Translations under genes and position numbers: made by a program
Source of the DNA: Trichodelitschia bisporula
Taxonomy: Eukaryota
Direction: 5' to 3'
Assembly: GCA_010356995.1 (NCBI GenBank)
Contig: ML996693.1
Coordinates: 992,001-1,056,000 of the forward strand
Length of the DNA stretch: 64,000 nucleotides
Notes under the pieces: model-generated
Database searches by the model: none
What the model saw: the letters and a program-made list of their open reading frames with translations, nothing else
What the model was told of the DNA's origin: nothing
Shown here: piece after piece, positions 30,823 through 45,478 of the stretch
Layout: each line of letters starts with the position of its first letter
How positions within the stretch are numbered: the stretch's first letter is position 1

Positions 30823-31390
30823 TAATTGCGTACCGATGCAGCTGAATGTTATTGATACCCAGATAATGGAGGGCTGAGTTGACATGCCGAGGCAGCGGAA
30901 ACTGTCAATGATGAAATGATATTTGACTCTGAGTTGTCTCCCATGCAGGGTGGGAGGCCGTTGTTCTGCGTCGTCATAATATTAAAGCGGCCTCTGCGGC
31001 AAAGTTACTTAAATATCTGCTCCAATGCGCCTGCTTTTGCTTTTACTTTCGATAATCTCTGGATCACATCTTGAGACTCTAGCGGTACGAATAATAAAAA
31101 AAACCGCCCGTCCACGCGCACTTGATCTGTGTAAAAGCCAACCTGCCTAACCTGGCCAAGTTCGGAGTTCGGTGGTCGATTCCCGCGATCAGTCACGTGG
31201 AGGGTTGTTTGCGCGCGCGTCATATCGGACCCAAAGCTGCTGAAGTTTGCCGAGCGATAGACGATTCACCGCCGCCTCCAACCCTCACCGTCGCTCCTCG
31301 GGCTCCTGTCTCCTTCTATACACCATCTCCTTTCTCCTTACTGGCATGTATTAATAGATCGGTGCTACGTGTTTGTGCCCCTGTTCAACA

Positions 31391-33226
31391 ATGGCTTCGG
31401 CCAATAGTCACATCGACAAGCTCGACTTCCCACCTCCCGACGCCCGCAGACCGTTGCTTCAGGACGACAGGCTAGCGACTTCTGCTGATAGTAATACTAC
31501 GAGTAGGACGGGGAGCTTCTTCGAACAGGTCGCCGAGGGGATACAGGAGCGCGATCGGGCCAAGATGCAGCAGGAGGTCGCGCGGTTCGGCACCTTCGCG
31601 GTGGCCAACCTCATGTGGTATGTTTGTCACTATGTGCCATTGTGTTTGCGTTCTAACTGACCATGCAGCTTATGTGCCGGCTCGATAACCGCGTTCTCGC
31701 TCTACGGCCATCTCTTCATGTCCCACCTCAAGTACAGCCAGACCGCCGTCAACATCATATCCATCTCCGCCGAGCTCGCCCTGTACCTCCCCGTGCCCGC
31801 AGTTGGGTACCTGTGCGACCGCTACGGACCACGATTTCCCGCACTCATGGCGACAGTGCTCTTCGGCGTCGGATACCTAGTTGCAGCATTTGCCTACCGC
31901 AGCGGCCCGCCGGTATCGGCCGGGGGCACCGGGTGGCCGTTCTGGACGATGGTCGTCGCCTTCGTCGCCATCGGCACGGCTACGGCTAGTATGTATCTTG
32001 CGGCGGTATCGACGTGCGCGAAGAACTTCGGGCGCGGCAAGCATAAGGGCATGGCGCTAGCGATTCCGATTGCGGCGTTTGGGCTCAGCGGCATGTGGCA
32101 GAGCCAGATTGGTAGCCGGGTGCTGTATGAGCGAAAGCCGGACGGGACAAGGGGCGACGTGGATGTCTTTAAGTTCTTTGTTTTTCTGGCTTGCGCGCTT
32201 GTTGCGGTGGGATTGCTCGGTGCGGCGACGCTTAAGATCATGGATGAGGAGGAGATGATTGAGGAAGCTATCGACGAGCTCGAGCAGAGCGGCCTGCTGG
32301 ACGAGAGCGACTACCTGCGGCGCGCGGCGAATCGCCATGGCTACGGGACTATTTCACCAAACGACCTTTCCGAGTCCCAATTCGACTTCCTGCAAACCGA
32401 AGCCGAGATCCTAAAGCAGCGGGAGGCAGAAGAACGCGCCCGCAAGGAATGGCTCCTCAACGCCGAGACGCGGCGCTTCCTGTCCGACCGCACCATGTGG
32501 TGGCTCGCCGCTGGCTTCTTCCTCGTAACCGGGCCCGGCGAGGCCTTCATAAACAACATGGGCACCGTAATCGGCACGCTGTACCCGCCATCTTCCACAT
32601 CTCTCAAGCATCAAACCACAGCCGCAACCCACGTCTCCATCGTCGCCATAACTTCCACCATCTCGCGTCTCCTCACCGGCACCCTGACGGACATGCTCGC
32701 GCCCACCTTCGCCCCGCACCAGCACCGCCGCGGCCCCAACTCCCTCGCCTCCTCCCTTGCCACCCTCGAACTAGCCCCCAAACGCTTCGCCCTCTCCCGC
32801 GTCGTCTTCCTCCTCATCTTCGCCCTGCTCATGTCCTGTGGGCAAATCCTCCTCGCCTCAGGCGCAATCCAAAACCACGGCTCACGCTTCGGCATCGTCT
32901 CCGCACTGATCGGCGCGGGCTACGGCGCGGTCTTCAGCCTCACGCCCATTATCATCAGCGTGGTCTGGGGCGTTGAGAACTTTGGCACGAATTGGGGGAT
33001 TGTGGCGATGGTGCCGGCGGCGGGGGCGGCGGTTTGGGGGGTTGTGTATTCGGCGGTGTATCAGGCGGCGGCTGGGGGGGGAAGGGATCAGACGCTGTGT
33101 TATGGGGAAGGGTGCTATAGTCCGACGTTCTGGGCTATGGCGGTTAGTGTGTGGGTTGCGTGTGGGCTTTGGGGTTGGGCGTGGAGGGGGCCGGGGGGGT
33201 GGGCGAGGAGGGGGGTTGCGGTTTAG
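31391..33226 (+). CDS. MCH1: MFS transporter, Mch1/nodulin-like
   Basis: LCAGSITAFSLYG, GYLCDRYG and WGVENFGTNWG motifs, many TM segments, one intron at about 31618-31668. Confidence 0.85.
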
Positions 33227-33404
33227 ATGGTCTTTTGAAGTTCTTTTGTCATGGGCGGGTATTTGTCAGGAGTTTAGGCGATTGAGGGCGCTTGGTTGTA
33301 ACTATGGGTTTTGTGGGTTTCGTGAGCACGAGCTCGAGTGCGGCATGGCGTGGCTGTTTATCTACTGTTTAAGATGTCTTTGCTGATTGAGTATGCGTGA
33401 GCTA

Positions 33405-34743
33405 TTAACCGCTGTTTTCGGCTGCATGCGTCTGAGTGCCCATCTCGTCATCTTCTGCATCCTGGACCACGACTACCGCGTTTTCGTCCACGATGGCAAG
33501 ATCCCCGTCAGCCCCGCCATGCCCCTCACTCGGCCCTTCCTCGTCAAGCTCCTCGCCCCTACTCCCCTCCCCACTCTGATCTTCCTCACTGGCTTCATCT
33601 TCGCTCTCATCATCCTCGCTGCTCTCCTCACTCTCTTCCTCTTCACTGCTGTCCTCATTGTCCTCAAACCCCTCCTCCCTCCAAGCCCGTCCCTCCAACA
33701 CCCCCCTCTCCTCCTCAGCAGGCACATTAGCAAGAATATAGCCCTCCACCTTTCCCCCGGCAACCTCCCCCGGCTCCTCCGCCAACACCACAATCGTGGG
33801 AAACGCAAGTACCGTCTGCCCGCGCAGCACGGCGTTCAAGCACGCCCCCTCCGGAATTGGAGACAGTATCGTACGCTTGCCGGTGATAGAAGGGTTGGGA
33901 GGGTGCGCGAGGTAGAGGTAGACCCTTTCCGAAGTCGGAGCGGCGGGCGTGACTTCGGTAGAGACTTCGGCTGGAACTGGAGCGTCGGCGTCGGGTACGT
34001 TCACATCGAGCGCTGCGGTATCGGAAGCGAGCGCGGAGACTGCCCCGCCCTCCTCCGATACCGGATTTCCTTGCTCCTCCCGCTTCGCTTTCTTGCCCTC
34101 CGTTCCCGCTTTCTCGGTGTCCAACCCCGCCCGCCTCGCATCACGCTTCGGCCTCTTAACCACAGTTTCATATGCCTTCTCCAAACTCGTCGTCTCATCC
34201 ACCTCCGCCAACCGGCGCTCGCCTTGCGGAAGACACCACTCCACCGTCCAAAGAAGCTTATGCGCGTTGGTCACACGCGTGCGATCCTCCCTCGCCCTCC
34301 CAATCCCCGCCGGAGGCTTAATCACCGTAACCCCCGCCTCGCGACACTTGTGCTCCAGCCTCCTCGCCGCCTTGACATTTTTGTATCCCGGCGTAGGAAT
34401 TACAGCTTCGGGGAGGGAGCGCTTGGAGCGTTCCCGTGCATCTTCGAGGCGTTTGAGGAAGTTGTAGTCGTGGTCTATTCCCGCAGCGGTGGCGAGCTCT
34501 TTGCGTGGTTTGTAGGCGGTTGCGTCGCGGATGCCGGTGCAGGAGGTGCGTGCTTTGTGGAGGGTTATGCAGGGGAGGGAGCAGGTCTTCGTGGAGCAGC
34601 GGGGGCAGGTGTAGCGGGGGGGTAGGGCATGGCTAGAGGGGGGTTAGCTTGAGTTTGTGTATGAAATTGTGGGGGCAGGCAGCTGGGAAGGAAGAGGGTG
34701 AGTACCAGATGCTGCAGAGAGTGGAGAGGGGCGCGTCGGCCAT
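33405..34743 (-). CDS. BCD1: zf-HIT box C/D snoRNP assembly factor
   Basis: LCSIC/HALPPRYTCPRCSTKTCSLPCITLHKARTSCTGIRD...DYNFL, then WTVEW and VLAFPTI. One intron; acidic tail. Confidence 0.87.
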
Positions 34744-35960
34744 AGCTGGTGGTGGTGGAGGATCTGCGGTGGTGGGGGTGATTGCGACGGAGATGGCCAC
34801 GCGGCGGTGGGGTGGGTGTGGATGTGGAGTGTGGGAGATTTCACGAGGAGGGAATGGTAAGTGGGTCGGCAATGACGTGGTACGAAGGGCATTCAATTGC
34901 AGTAGCACGTGGTGTAGTCCAAGAAGCGGATATCAAAGTCGCAGCATCACCGCGCAGGAACTTTTTCTCGCGCTGTCCGCACTCGCGACGCGGCTATCGT
35001 CGATCGGTCGTTCGCTTAAGCGCGCTAGACGCGCCCGCCAATCAGCGTCCAATCCAACTCCAAGGCTTCTTCCCGCTTTTCCTCCGGCACGGCTGGCTCC
35101 CGGACTCCCGCAACCGAAACACGGCAGGTTGCCAAGCGGTGTTACACTCCCCCTGAGGACGGGGAGGATGGAAACCTTATTGCCGCTGCTGGATGGGATT
35201 TGCTTGCTTTCGTGGAAGCGGGGATGAGGGGCGTGTAGAGAGTCATTATCCAACTTTGCTGAAGCTTCAGATCGACGATATGGTTCGCGGGAGGGGCGGT
35301 GGGGAGCGTTACGACTACGGACCCAACGGTGATGAGCGATTGCTTGTTCGCCTCCGGCTTCAGAGCTCGGACGACTACGAGCAGAGCAACAGGCAGAATG
35401 TGCATTCGCGCGTTTCGCGACGCAGCCAAGCGGATGTCTCCCGTCGTATCTCACCGCGCGCATGCTCATTACACCCAGAGTCCGCCCCCGCAAATCGCAA
35501 TTCCTGAACCACGACCGCGGCAACGGCAACGGAAGCGGGAGGGAGTTTTTTCAACTGTCGCGGCATGCATCCAGCTGCAGCGTTATTTAAAGTATACAAG
35601 AATATCACACGGGTGGCACGAATAATCCCCGGTTGTTCATCAGCGCCGCCAACCGTTGCTCGGCCTCTCAGTTTGTGAAGAGGGGGCGAGATAATGGACA
35701 CCCCTTGTTCGGTTTGCGCCGCTTCTACGCACGGCTCGCGTGGTGCGCGTGGCTTGCGCGGGTGGGTGGATCCTTGCGAGTGGGTGAGGGCGCGGGATGC
35801 GCGTTGGGGATTGGATTGGGGGGATGATTGAAGAAGAGCTGTTGCTGCGAGGCTGGGCTGAGATGTGGGAGCATTTGAACGTGAAGGAGTTTTACGGGTC
35901 TGTTCAGAGGATTGGAAGTACGGTAGGATCGGTAGCCCCGAGGTAAGGATTCTGCAGCAT

Positions 35961-36018
35961 GCAGGCTGGCTTGCTCGCTCGCAGGCTGGCTTGCTCGCTC
36001 GCAGGCTCGCAGGCTCGC
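35961..36018. repeat. 20-bp tandem repeat (GCAGGCTGGCTTGCTCGCTC x2 plus partial copies)
   Basis: Read directly in the intergenic sequence. Confidence 0.85.
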
Positions 36019-37623
36019 CTTTGGCAATTACTGCCGGCATATGCGCATGCAGCAGCGGAGTGTCTAGCCAACTTCCCCGCTAGCTTGTTTGCCTGCAGCG
36101 CGGGCTTGATGTTGCGTGCGGAGCGTTCCTGCATCATGCTTCCGCTGGATGCGTGCCCTGCGTGCGTCGTCGTCCGACGGGGTGGAAAGCTAATTTGTCA
36201 GAGGGGGCTTGGAGAGGCTTGAGAGGAGCGGTGGATGTTGGGGTGACAGGTGGACGGGTATTGTGGGTGAGAGGGTGAGGGCTTCAATTGTCATGCTCGA
36301 GTGTCATGCTTGCTTGCTCGTGGGAGCGGAGCGGGGTGGAGACGGGAAGGGAGGAAATGTGGGAGAAGAAGGTCTTGGGTGGCGTGTGGCTAGGCTGGAG
36401 AATGGAAGCACAGGATAAATTGCGTATGGGGATTGTGGTGTGTGATGAATGGCGTGCCTTTCTTTGACATATGATGGGGAGATAGGATTGAGAGAAGAGA
36501 TGATGAGTGTGGAGGTGGGTGTGGGTGACGGGTGGATTTACGGCGGGGATATTGAGACAAGATGACTTGTGAAAGTAGCAAGTTGCGGCGAAGACGAGGG
36601 GTATGGGAAGGAAGATGAGCGTATGGATCTCGCCAGCCCTTACCAACTTTCTCATGTTCCCAGCCTCCTCTCTTTATTTCTGTTGTCAAGTCTCCTTTCC
36701 ACCTGCCTTTCCCGTGCATGAACATATCACAACCCTCTACATCCGCAACTCTCTCTCCCCGGTGACCATGAAGAGAACAAAAAGAAGAGACTCGGCAGAC
36801 CTTCCACCCCCGGAAAAGCTAACTCGCGGTTGGCCTAGCAGTAGTGCCCAACCCCTGGACTGGGGCCGAAGTTGTGCGGTTTGTGGGAGTTGTGGCCTAG
36901 TTGTGCAGTAGTATGGCTTCAGCGTGGCCCGGTGTGGCCCAGTGTGGCCCCCCCTAAACAGTCTCCCCGTACCGTACCTGTCACCTCTGCACCTCTCATT
37001 GGCGGACAGACAGCCACCGTCATATCTCAGCCAATTGCATCCCTACCCGTCCGACGTCCAGGGTCATGCTTGCCCAGGCACTTTCCCAGGGGGGGTCAAA
37101 GCTCCCGTCCTTAACATTTCGCGTCGCTCCTTCTTCACTACTCTCTCCATCTCTTTCTCAGCCTCTCCTCCTAAACCTTCGGACTTCTTCTCCCTTTGCT
37201 GTTGTGTGTTGTCGCGAACTTGCTTGCTATCTTCAAAGCGAGTGGGTTGCTGCATTGCTATCAGCTTCCTGTTTATAACCTTTCCATCATATCAGCGCTT
37301 CGTCCCAACCACCCCCCCCAGCGTTGATGTTTTGTCTTAAGCCGTTGTAACTGTCCCCTTCATCTCGACAGTCGGGCAAACGGTCTTTACGAGTCACGCC
37401 TCACTTACACACCCTCAGTACATCTTTGATACCAGGTTCCCCTTCGGCCTGGAGCTGGTGGTCGACCCCGTCTGATATTCACTGGCTTTATCGTCCAATT
37501 GATCGGTCCGGTTATCAGGTCAATTCTCGCTTTTATGATCCGGCAGTAGCAGCATCGCTTCTCGTCTCTTCTGCCTTCGCTAGGCAACTTCGAACGACCA
37601 AAAACACCAACTCGTAATTCATC

Positions 37624-40562
37624 ATGGCCCCTTCGCTGAGCCTCCGTCCTCGCACCGGCGACCGTCCGCCAACCAGGGACCCGAATGCCGAGACAGGCCT
37701 CGTCATTCCCAGCCGGACGTCCTCGCTCCACTCCCGTATCACACAGCCTCTCCCGTCCACCCTCAACGTCAAGCCGGGCCAGCGGTCGCCCAAGACCCTC
37801 ACACATGCCTACATGGTGTGTGGCGTGGGCCGCGAGCCTTCGCAATGGGTCAAGGCTCCCCCTCCGAGCCAGGGGAAGATCCAGCACATGAAGGGTGCCG
37901 TCGGCCAGTTCTGGCTGCCGGAGATTCTGGGCAGTAGCCCGAGACTCGAACAGGATAACGAGATTGCGCGGTCACTTCATTCGGCCATGCGTGTAAGTCT
38001 CGTTCTGAGTGATTTGGGTGAATTTCATGTTAAACCGTTTAGGCCTGCTTCCCTCATGACGTAGAAATTTGCACTGGCAGGAGCCAACCGCACTGTGTTC
38101 ACCACTCTTTCGTTCTCCAGCAGGATTCGAGCCACACCCTATACGGCATTGCGCTGCGCGTGTGGTCGCGCGCCGACGAGAAGCGCGCCGAGACGATCCG
38201 CGACCTGCGGAAACGCACCGAGTCCGATTATTTCGACAACCCCGATGAGACGTACTGGATTCCGTACTGCCTGAGCTTCCTTTCGCGCTACCCGCTCTAC
38301 AACCTGCTCGGCGACTACCTGCGGGGCATGTGGATCCACTGGAACAAGGCGACGAACCTATTCCATGCCGAGGAGGTTTCGCGCATCCTCAGCTTCCCGG
38401 CCCCGAGACTGAATGACCTCGTCCGCATCGACATGAAGGACTACGCACTCTGCTACCAATTCCCCTCGTCCCCGACGGGGTTCCAGAACTTCGCCATGTG
38501 GCCGCTGTTCATGTGCCTTTCTATTCCCAATATAGTTGGCGTCATCGAAGCCGCCGTCTCCCCCACTCGCCGCATCATCTTCACCTCTCATTATCCCGCT
38601 ATGCTCACCATTGCTGCCGAAACGATTCGCTTCTGCGTGCGTGTCTACGAATGGAGTGGCCTGTACGTGCCCGTTGTGCACGCACGCCATGTGAAGGAGC
38701 TTGTCCAGGAGCCTGGGCCGTACATCCTTGGTGTGACGGCTGAGTGCCGCACGCTGTTCACGGCGCCGACGGATGCGCTTGTCATTGACCTTGACCGCAA
38801 CTTTGTGCTCACCTCGAGCCCGCCGACGGCTCTCAGCCAGGGCCAGCGCACGAAGATGATTACCCGCCTCACCCAAGCGCTCAACGGCGAAATTGCCCCG
38901 TCTGGCGTGCCGCAGCACCTGCGCTCGGCGTACGGCGGTGGGAAGCTCATTCCCGCCGGCCAGATCATCGTGATGCGTGGCGAGGTGGAGAGCATCCAGG
39001 ACCCGGACTGGTGGAACCAGGACTCGGTCATGGCCGTCATGGACCACGTGTGCGAGAAGCTGGGCCGCAACACGGGCCTCAAGGCCATGTTCGGCGGATC
39101 GGTGAAGAAACCGCTGATGACGAAGGTATCGATGCGGCACCTGAACGAGATTGTGCGCGAGCGCAACCAGTACTCGCGCGATGCCATGGAGGCGTGGCAA
39201 GACTTCATCAATCTCAAGGGTCGCATGGATACCGAGCTCACCAAGGTGTCGAAGCGGAACAACTTCCTCGTCGAGGAGCTCGAGAGCTGGAAGCAACAGT
39301 TCCTCAAATTCCAGGCCTTCGCCGAGGCACTCACCAAGGAGACCCAGGAACTCAAGGTCAAGATCGAGACGCACAAGCGCGAAAACCGTCGCCTTACCAA
39401 CCTCATCGATCAGCAGAAGGACGACGCGGCGCGCCTTACCGTGCGTCTGTCGGCGACGGAGAAGCAGCGCGACGATGCCCTCGAGGCGCTCGTTCTGCAG
39501 CAGGAGATTGCCGAGGAACTCGAGCGCGAGCGGAAGCGCAACAAGAAGGAGATGGCGGCGCTACAGCACACAAGCGCGACTCTCCTCCGGCAACGCGACG
39601 AGGCCCAGCGCGTGGTCCTGCACCTGCGCGCGCTCATCGACGGCCAGGCGCACCACATGGAGCACATTGTCAAGTCCTTGTCAACCGCTCCCGAGCTGTC
39701 GGACTACATCGAGGAGGGCTTCGACGATCTCGAGGAGGAAGAGGAGGAGAACGCCTCCTCGGTTGGCGAGCCTCAGCTCTCCCCCGTGCCGAAGGACGAC
39801 GTCGAGGTCGGCAAGATCCGTGGCGTGCCCGGCGTGCACAGCCGCGACGGCAGCCGGTCCTTCAGCCGCGCGTCCACTGTCGATGCCAAGCACATCGAAG
39901 GCGAAGACGTCACCCCCGACATGGAAGACCGCCTGCTCAACAACCCGATCAGCCGTAAGCGGTTGAGCCAGCTTAGCATGGCTGATGTCGCGGATCGCCA
40001 TCTGCGCGACAAGACTGATGCGATCGCCTACATCATCCGTAATATCAGCGAGCAGTGCGCCGCCGCGGTCGAGGGCCTCCAGCTCGCGCAGCGGGCCGAC
40101 AGCGAAGGCGAGGAGCGCCCCGCGAGCCGCGAGAAGAAGGTGCGGCTGTCTCTGCAGCAGCACAAGCGCGAACGCGCCGTGTCTGCCGGGAGCGACGCTA
40201 GCGGCGCGAGTGCTGCGGGAAAGTCGACGATGCAAGGGAGCGAGTACGGCGAGGAAGAAGGGAGCTACCTCGCCCCCGGCGACCGTGCGAGCAGCGTCCC
40301 GCCCACGCCGGACCTGATCCACAATAGGAGCAGTACGAGCATGAGCATGGCGAGCAGCAGCACGACGCCGGAGCGGCATAGCGTGCACACGTTCAAGGGC
40401 CCAGAGGAGGTGGCTGAGACGCGCATTGTGGAGGATGAGGGGGACCTGCAGTACCATGAGCAACAGCGCGATGTGGATATGGAGATGGGGCAGAAGTTTG
40501 CGAAGGATGTTACGAGGGGGCAGGGACGGAGAGAGGTTGCGAGGAGTCGGTTGGGGATGTAG
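37624..40562 (+). CDS. DENN-domain protein with C-terminal coiled coil (probable Rab GEF)
   Basis: Exon 1 37624-37992, intron to 38042. TLYGIALRVW, YWIPYCLSFLSRYPLY, YVPVVHA...PGPYILGV and DALVIDLD are DENN-type motifs. Confidence 0.88.
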
Positions 40563-41464
40563 GGGGCTTGTGATCTAAGAGTGGGATTTGAGGGTATGTA
40601 AACGCGGTCCGCCTCACGGCTTTGGCGGCGGGCCGGCTTTTTTTTCTTGTGGATACCTAGCCCCCGGGAAATATCTCTTTGCCTGAGTACGAAGGGCGTT
40701 GGCGTTTGGGATTCTTGGCTGTTAGGAAAGCTTTTGCGTATGCTTTTTAGTTGGGTGCGTGCGAGTTTTCGCTTCTTACATCGCCCGTCTCGTCCTCTCT
40801 TGCTTGTGTGTTTTGCGAACTTCTTTGGTGAAGTGATGAAGCGGTTTTGGGTGCTGTGCCAGTTAAGGGGGTGGAGGAGGATATGGGCATGAGTGGCTTG
40901 TGAGGGGCCTGTAGCTAGGGTTATATGGAGGCTTATTGCATTTGTAATTGGTCTTCTTTGGCAATCTTGGATGTGTTGTGCATGATCTACCTGTGAGTGA
41001 TGGTTGAAATTGACGTCTCGAACTACATGTCAAACGTGATGCCCGCCATCTGGTTGTAGTCTAGACCCTTAACCCTCATCGTCGCCTGCAGCTGAAGTGA
41101 GCTCCCTCCCCTTGGAATCCGTGAAAGGCGTAGGGTCTCCCCATACTCGACGCTGTTTTAAGGGAGACTCGGTCGTCCCGGGAGGGAGAGGTAGCGGAGA
41201 TGTCGAACTCTCGAGTGGCTACGCGAGGCTGTGCAAGGCTGAATCTGGGTGGATGTGATGTAACCTTAGACATGAGGCAGGAGCGTTATGCCAGCAAGGA
41301 GCATAGGAGGATACTTGGTATTGTGTATTTAGTCTCGAGAGTCTCTTCTTCCCTTCTTCCCCTTGTCCTTTATCAAACTCTTCACTTTACACCGCTACCA
41401 TTGTTCGCGTCAAAGCCTGTACTCCATTACAAGACCAGTATCCACAATTTTGCCATCGCCCCAC

Positions 41465-42492
41465 CTACGCCAACTTCCCCGGCACAAACGGATGCCCGGC
41501 ACTCAACCCCCCACACACGGGAATCGCCTGCCCATTAACATAACTCGCCTCATCACTCGCCAGAAATAACACCACCCGCGCCACCTCATCCGCGACCCCG
41601 CCCCTCCTCAACGGATTCAGCTGCCCGATCTTCCGATCCGTGCCCCGCGCCCGCGCCATCTCGTACATCGGCGCCGTCATCCCCGTCTCAATGATACCGG
41701 GACAGATGGCGTTGGCCCGGATTCCGGTGCCGGCGAGCTGGTACGCGATGGTTTGCATGAGGGACACGACGGCGGCCTTTGAGGCGGAGTAGTCGGACCC
41801 GCCGGCGTTGGACCGGATACCGGCTACGGAGGCGGTGCCGATGATGCTGCCGGACGGGTACGGCTTGTTGGCGGTCATGGCGCGGGCGGCGTGTTTGGCG
41901 GCGAGGAAGACGCTGCCCACGTTAACCGCATGCCTGGTACTCCTCCCCGGTGCCCGGACTCACCTCAAGGTATTAACCTTCATCATCCGCATAAACTCGT
42001 CCACACTCGTCTCCGTAAAGATTTTCCCGCCACTAATACCCGCGTTCGCAAAGAACACATCCAGCCGTCCATACATCTTCACCGCCTCATCTACCACCCC
42101 CTTCACACCCTCCTCATCACTCGCATCGAATTGGCGCGTATGAACCTCAGTCCCGGGGTACAGGCTCGTGATCTCGCGCTTATGATGCGCGAGGAGATCA
42201 CCCGCGAAATCGCACAAAAAGATGGCTTTGGCTCCATTCCGCGCGAATTGGTGTGCGGTGGCGCGGCCGATGCCCAGGGCAGAGTTGGCGCCGGTTATGA
42301 CACAGATCTTATCCTTCATCCGGCTGGGGGTATTAGATGAGGTTGGTGATGAGAGGGGGAAGCTCACGGCCCAGCAGACTCTCCAGCAACACTCCGCACG
42401 CGCGGCACGCCCTCGAAGGAGTCCGCGGGCGGGAAGCCCTCGACGAGGATCTGGCTGAGCGCGGGGGGCGCGCGCTTGGGGGCTGCGGTCAT
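41465..42492 (-). CDS. Short-chain dehydrogenase/reductase
   Basis: VITGANSALGIG, DVFFANAG, YSASK (YxxxK) and NAICPG. Two introns. Confidence 0.9.
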
Positions 42493-43059
42493 TATGCCTG
42501 CTCTTGTCTCAACTGCTGCGGGAGGGTGGGTGCCGTCTCGATTCGTCGCTGCTGCGAAGAGAGGGTAAGATCGGGGCGGAGAGGTAGGCTGCGGTTGAGG
42601 CTTAGAGGTTTGGAAAGATGCGTTCCTGCCGGGAGGTTGTGAGTTTAATGCGACACAGGCGCGGCCCGCGCTGCGCGCTTCATATCCGACGTTGCGGGGA
42701 CGGGGGCCGAGGCTGTCACCCGGCTTTCGTGGCTGGGGGGTTGGCTTGGCGCGGGGATAGTGCGGGGGGGGGTGGATCCTTTGAGGCTGAGAGGTTCAGT
42801 CAATTGATCGCAATGCTGGCGACGATAGTTAGTTCGAAGGAGAGAAAGGCAGATGGCGTAACAAAACATTAACATATAGCCATTAACGCATATCTACCGT
42901 CCAACCGAACCGATCCGATCCGGCGCAGCGATACCCTCCCATCCCCTCGCCCACATATAATAGCCATAACTCATCACGAATACCGCCCTCGGGGGCCCAG
43001 CGCAAGCACAAAACTCCTCCTTACCCCACCCAAACGCCTTATCCTTCCCTAACCCAAAT

Positions 43060-43812
43060 CTAAACCCCCCTCCCATCAATACTCTTCAACTCCGCCCCCT
43101 GCCCCGTACTCTGCCCCCTCTTCCTCCCCGCGAACAAAAACCCATGTACCCCAGATCCTCCCGCCGGCACCGCGGGCTTCGCCTCCGCCTCCACAGGCTG
43201 GTCACCGAAGCGCGCAAACAGGCCGCGGCGCCGCGGCTTCGGCTCGTCGAGGCCTACGTCCTCGAAGCCCTCGTCGACGGGCTGTGGCGGGCGCGATTCT
43301 TGTAGCGAGATGCGCCCGTGGTGGGCGGGGCCGCTGAAGGGTCCGCGCCGGGAGTCCAGGCTCTGGCGCGGGGCGTCGAAGGCGCAGATGGGGGAGCGCG
43401 CGGAGATGTCCTGCTCTGTTAGCCTGGGATTGGAGGGGAGGTGGGGTGGGGTAGGTGCGTACGAAAGACCGCCGGTACGAATCGAATGATTCGCGCGAGA
43501 TGCTGAAGGGCTCGATGTCGCTCAGCACGCTGCGGTGGGCGGAGGAGGTGGTGGAGGAGCGGCTCCAGTACGAGGGCTTTTCCTGCGGCGAGGGGGGGAG
43601 GAAGATGCCGCTGTCGTCGATTTCTGCTTTGTGTTAGGGCGGGAGGGTTTGGAGGGGGAGAGGTGCTTACCGCTCAGCTTGTATTCTGGCGGCGGGGTGA
43701 TGTCGAGCGGTTTCGCGCCCATGGTAGACGTTTTCTCGAAGCCTGCGCCGTCGGCGTTCGGGTCGGCCGTCTCGACGGGCGCCTTTTTGAACGGGTTGCG
43801 GATGATGGGCAT
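43060..43812 (-). CDS. Fungal hypothetical protein (EYKLS...FLPPSP...FSISRESFDSYRRSFDISARSP motif)
   Basis: Three exons joined by GTAAGC and GTACGC introns with CTAAC branch sites. Ends GQGAELKSIDGRGV*. Confidence 0.78.
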
Positions 43813-45478
43813 TGCGGCGGGTTTGTTCGACACAATCAAGTGGGGAAGGTGATGCGCTTCAGATCCCAACGGTTGCAGACGGGAGAGGCGGTTATCAAGC
43901 GTCTACCGGGGCAGTGCAACAGTTGGCAAAAAAGGCTAGATAAAGGCTAGTATACCTCCGTACTCGGCGCTCTCACACGGTACCGTAGCTTTGCGCAAAG
44001 GACTTCGGGTATTTGAGAAATGCCAACGTAAGATGCACGAAAGCGCCGATCAGAGGCAAACGCGGCCTTTTGTCCCTGCTTCCAGAGCGAACGGAAGGCG
44101 CAAGACCCGCAAGCCGGCGGAGTCGTGACCGCCCATCAGACCGCAGGGGAAGGGGAAGCGCATTCTGCAAGGGAAGGAAGCAGGAAGAAATGCGACCCCA
44201 AACGGCCCCCGCCGCCTATCGCCCAGTCGCGAGCACTTGCTGCGGTGCAATCACGGCAACCGAGCCCAGGCACATCGGCTGACATGCTGCGCGTCACCAT
44301 TGGGCGCGCGCGCTTATTGCCGGGCGCCCGGTATGAGGACTGGGAAGGCTTGTTGCTTCCATTGTTGGCAGCGCGGGAGAAGAATTCATCTCGGGTTTTT
44401 TGCGTCTAAGGAAGTGACTGGCGGCCTGAATGGACGAGGAGTGCTTTCGACCGGAAGGGACTACGGACTGCCGGGAGGCTACAATGGATAGGGGATATTG
44501 GGGGAGGCATCAGGCTACGAAGGTTTATGGATGCGCGATGCGCATCTCGATTGATGAACCCCACGTTGCGGTGCAGTTGGATGGAGTGATGTCAGGCGTA
44601 CTCAGATGCTTGCCGTTGTTGCGGGGCGTTAGTTTGGCGTCTGCTAACGATATCACTGTCATGACGTAGGAATTTGGTATGTTGCGCGTTAAACGACACT
44701 AGAGACATCAACCCAGTCTCTGTTCGGATGAAGCTGCGTTGCCGTGCGACGATGCGGCTTCATCGCAACAACCCCACATCACATGACGGGACAAAGTCAA
44801 AAGGTGAAGCCATCACCACTCCTCAAGCACCAGAAAGAGCCGCCCCGCCCCCAATTACACTTCAAACGCTCCCAGACTTCGGCCATCGATTGATCTCCAG
44901 GCTCTCAATCCCCAAAAATTGCAAAAAAGAAGTTGACACCCAATCCCACAGCACCCATCCCCGACCGGAGCCCGTGTATTCGAGTACCGCCACCCGATGG
45001 CGAGAGATCTCTGCCCGATTGCTCGACTCAAGTGTGCCTCACAGTCTTAAGGTACGCCCAGCGAATCGTAGGTTACCCGTACGAGTGGACGACCCCCACC
45101 GGATTCGAACTCGGCACATGGCGGCCGGAATGTGTATGGGGAAGGGCGGACGTGGATGAGAGTGCCTTCTCCGATTGCGACCATGACAGCCGGAAGAATT
45201 TGCCAAAAGCTTAATCATAATGCCACAACCAGCAGGTCACCCCAACAACAACGTAATACACTTGCTTCACTGCATCTCCAAGTGTCATTATCCTTCAACA
45301 TAATCGCAAAGTGCAACTATAATACAAGCTCATCATAAATCACATCCATCCGCCCACATTGCCCACATCGACACGTCAAATGATTACGGATATCTGGCGC
45401 ATCTACCCCACACCGAACCACCCATATCCCACTCAAACACCGGCTCAACGATGCAGCACACTCAACGTATGAACACAG

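Noticed and set aside
40604..40646. GC-rich hairpin followed by a T run after the DENN stop, resembling a bacterial intrinsic terminator
   Set aside because: Context is a eukaryotic Pol II 3' UTR; such terminators do not apply and I saw no Pol III gene upstream.
41066..41076. CCCTTAACCCT telomere-like or telomerase-template-like sequence
   Set aside because: A single imperfect unit with no supporting structure.
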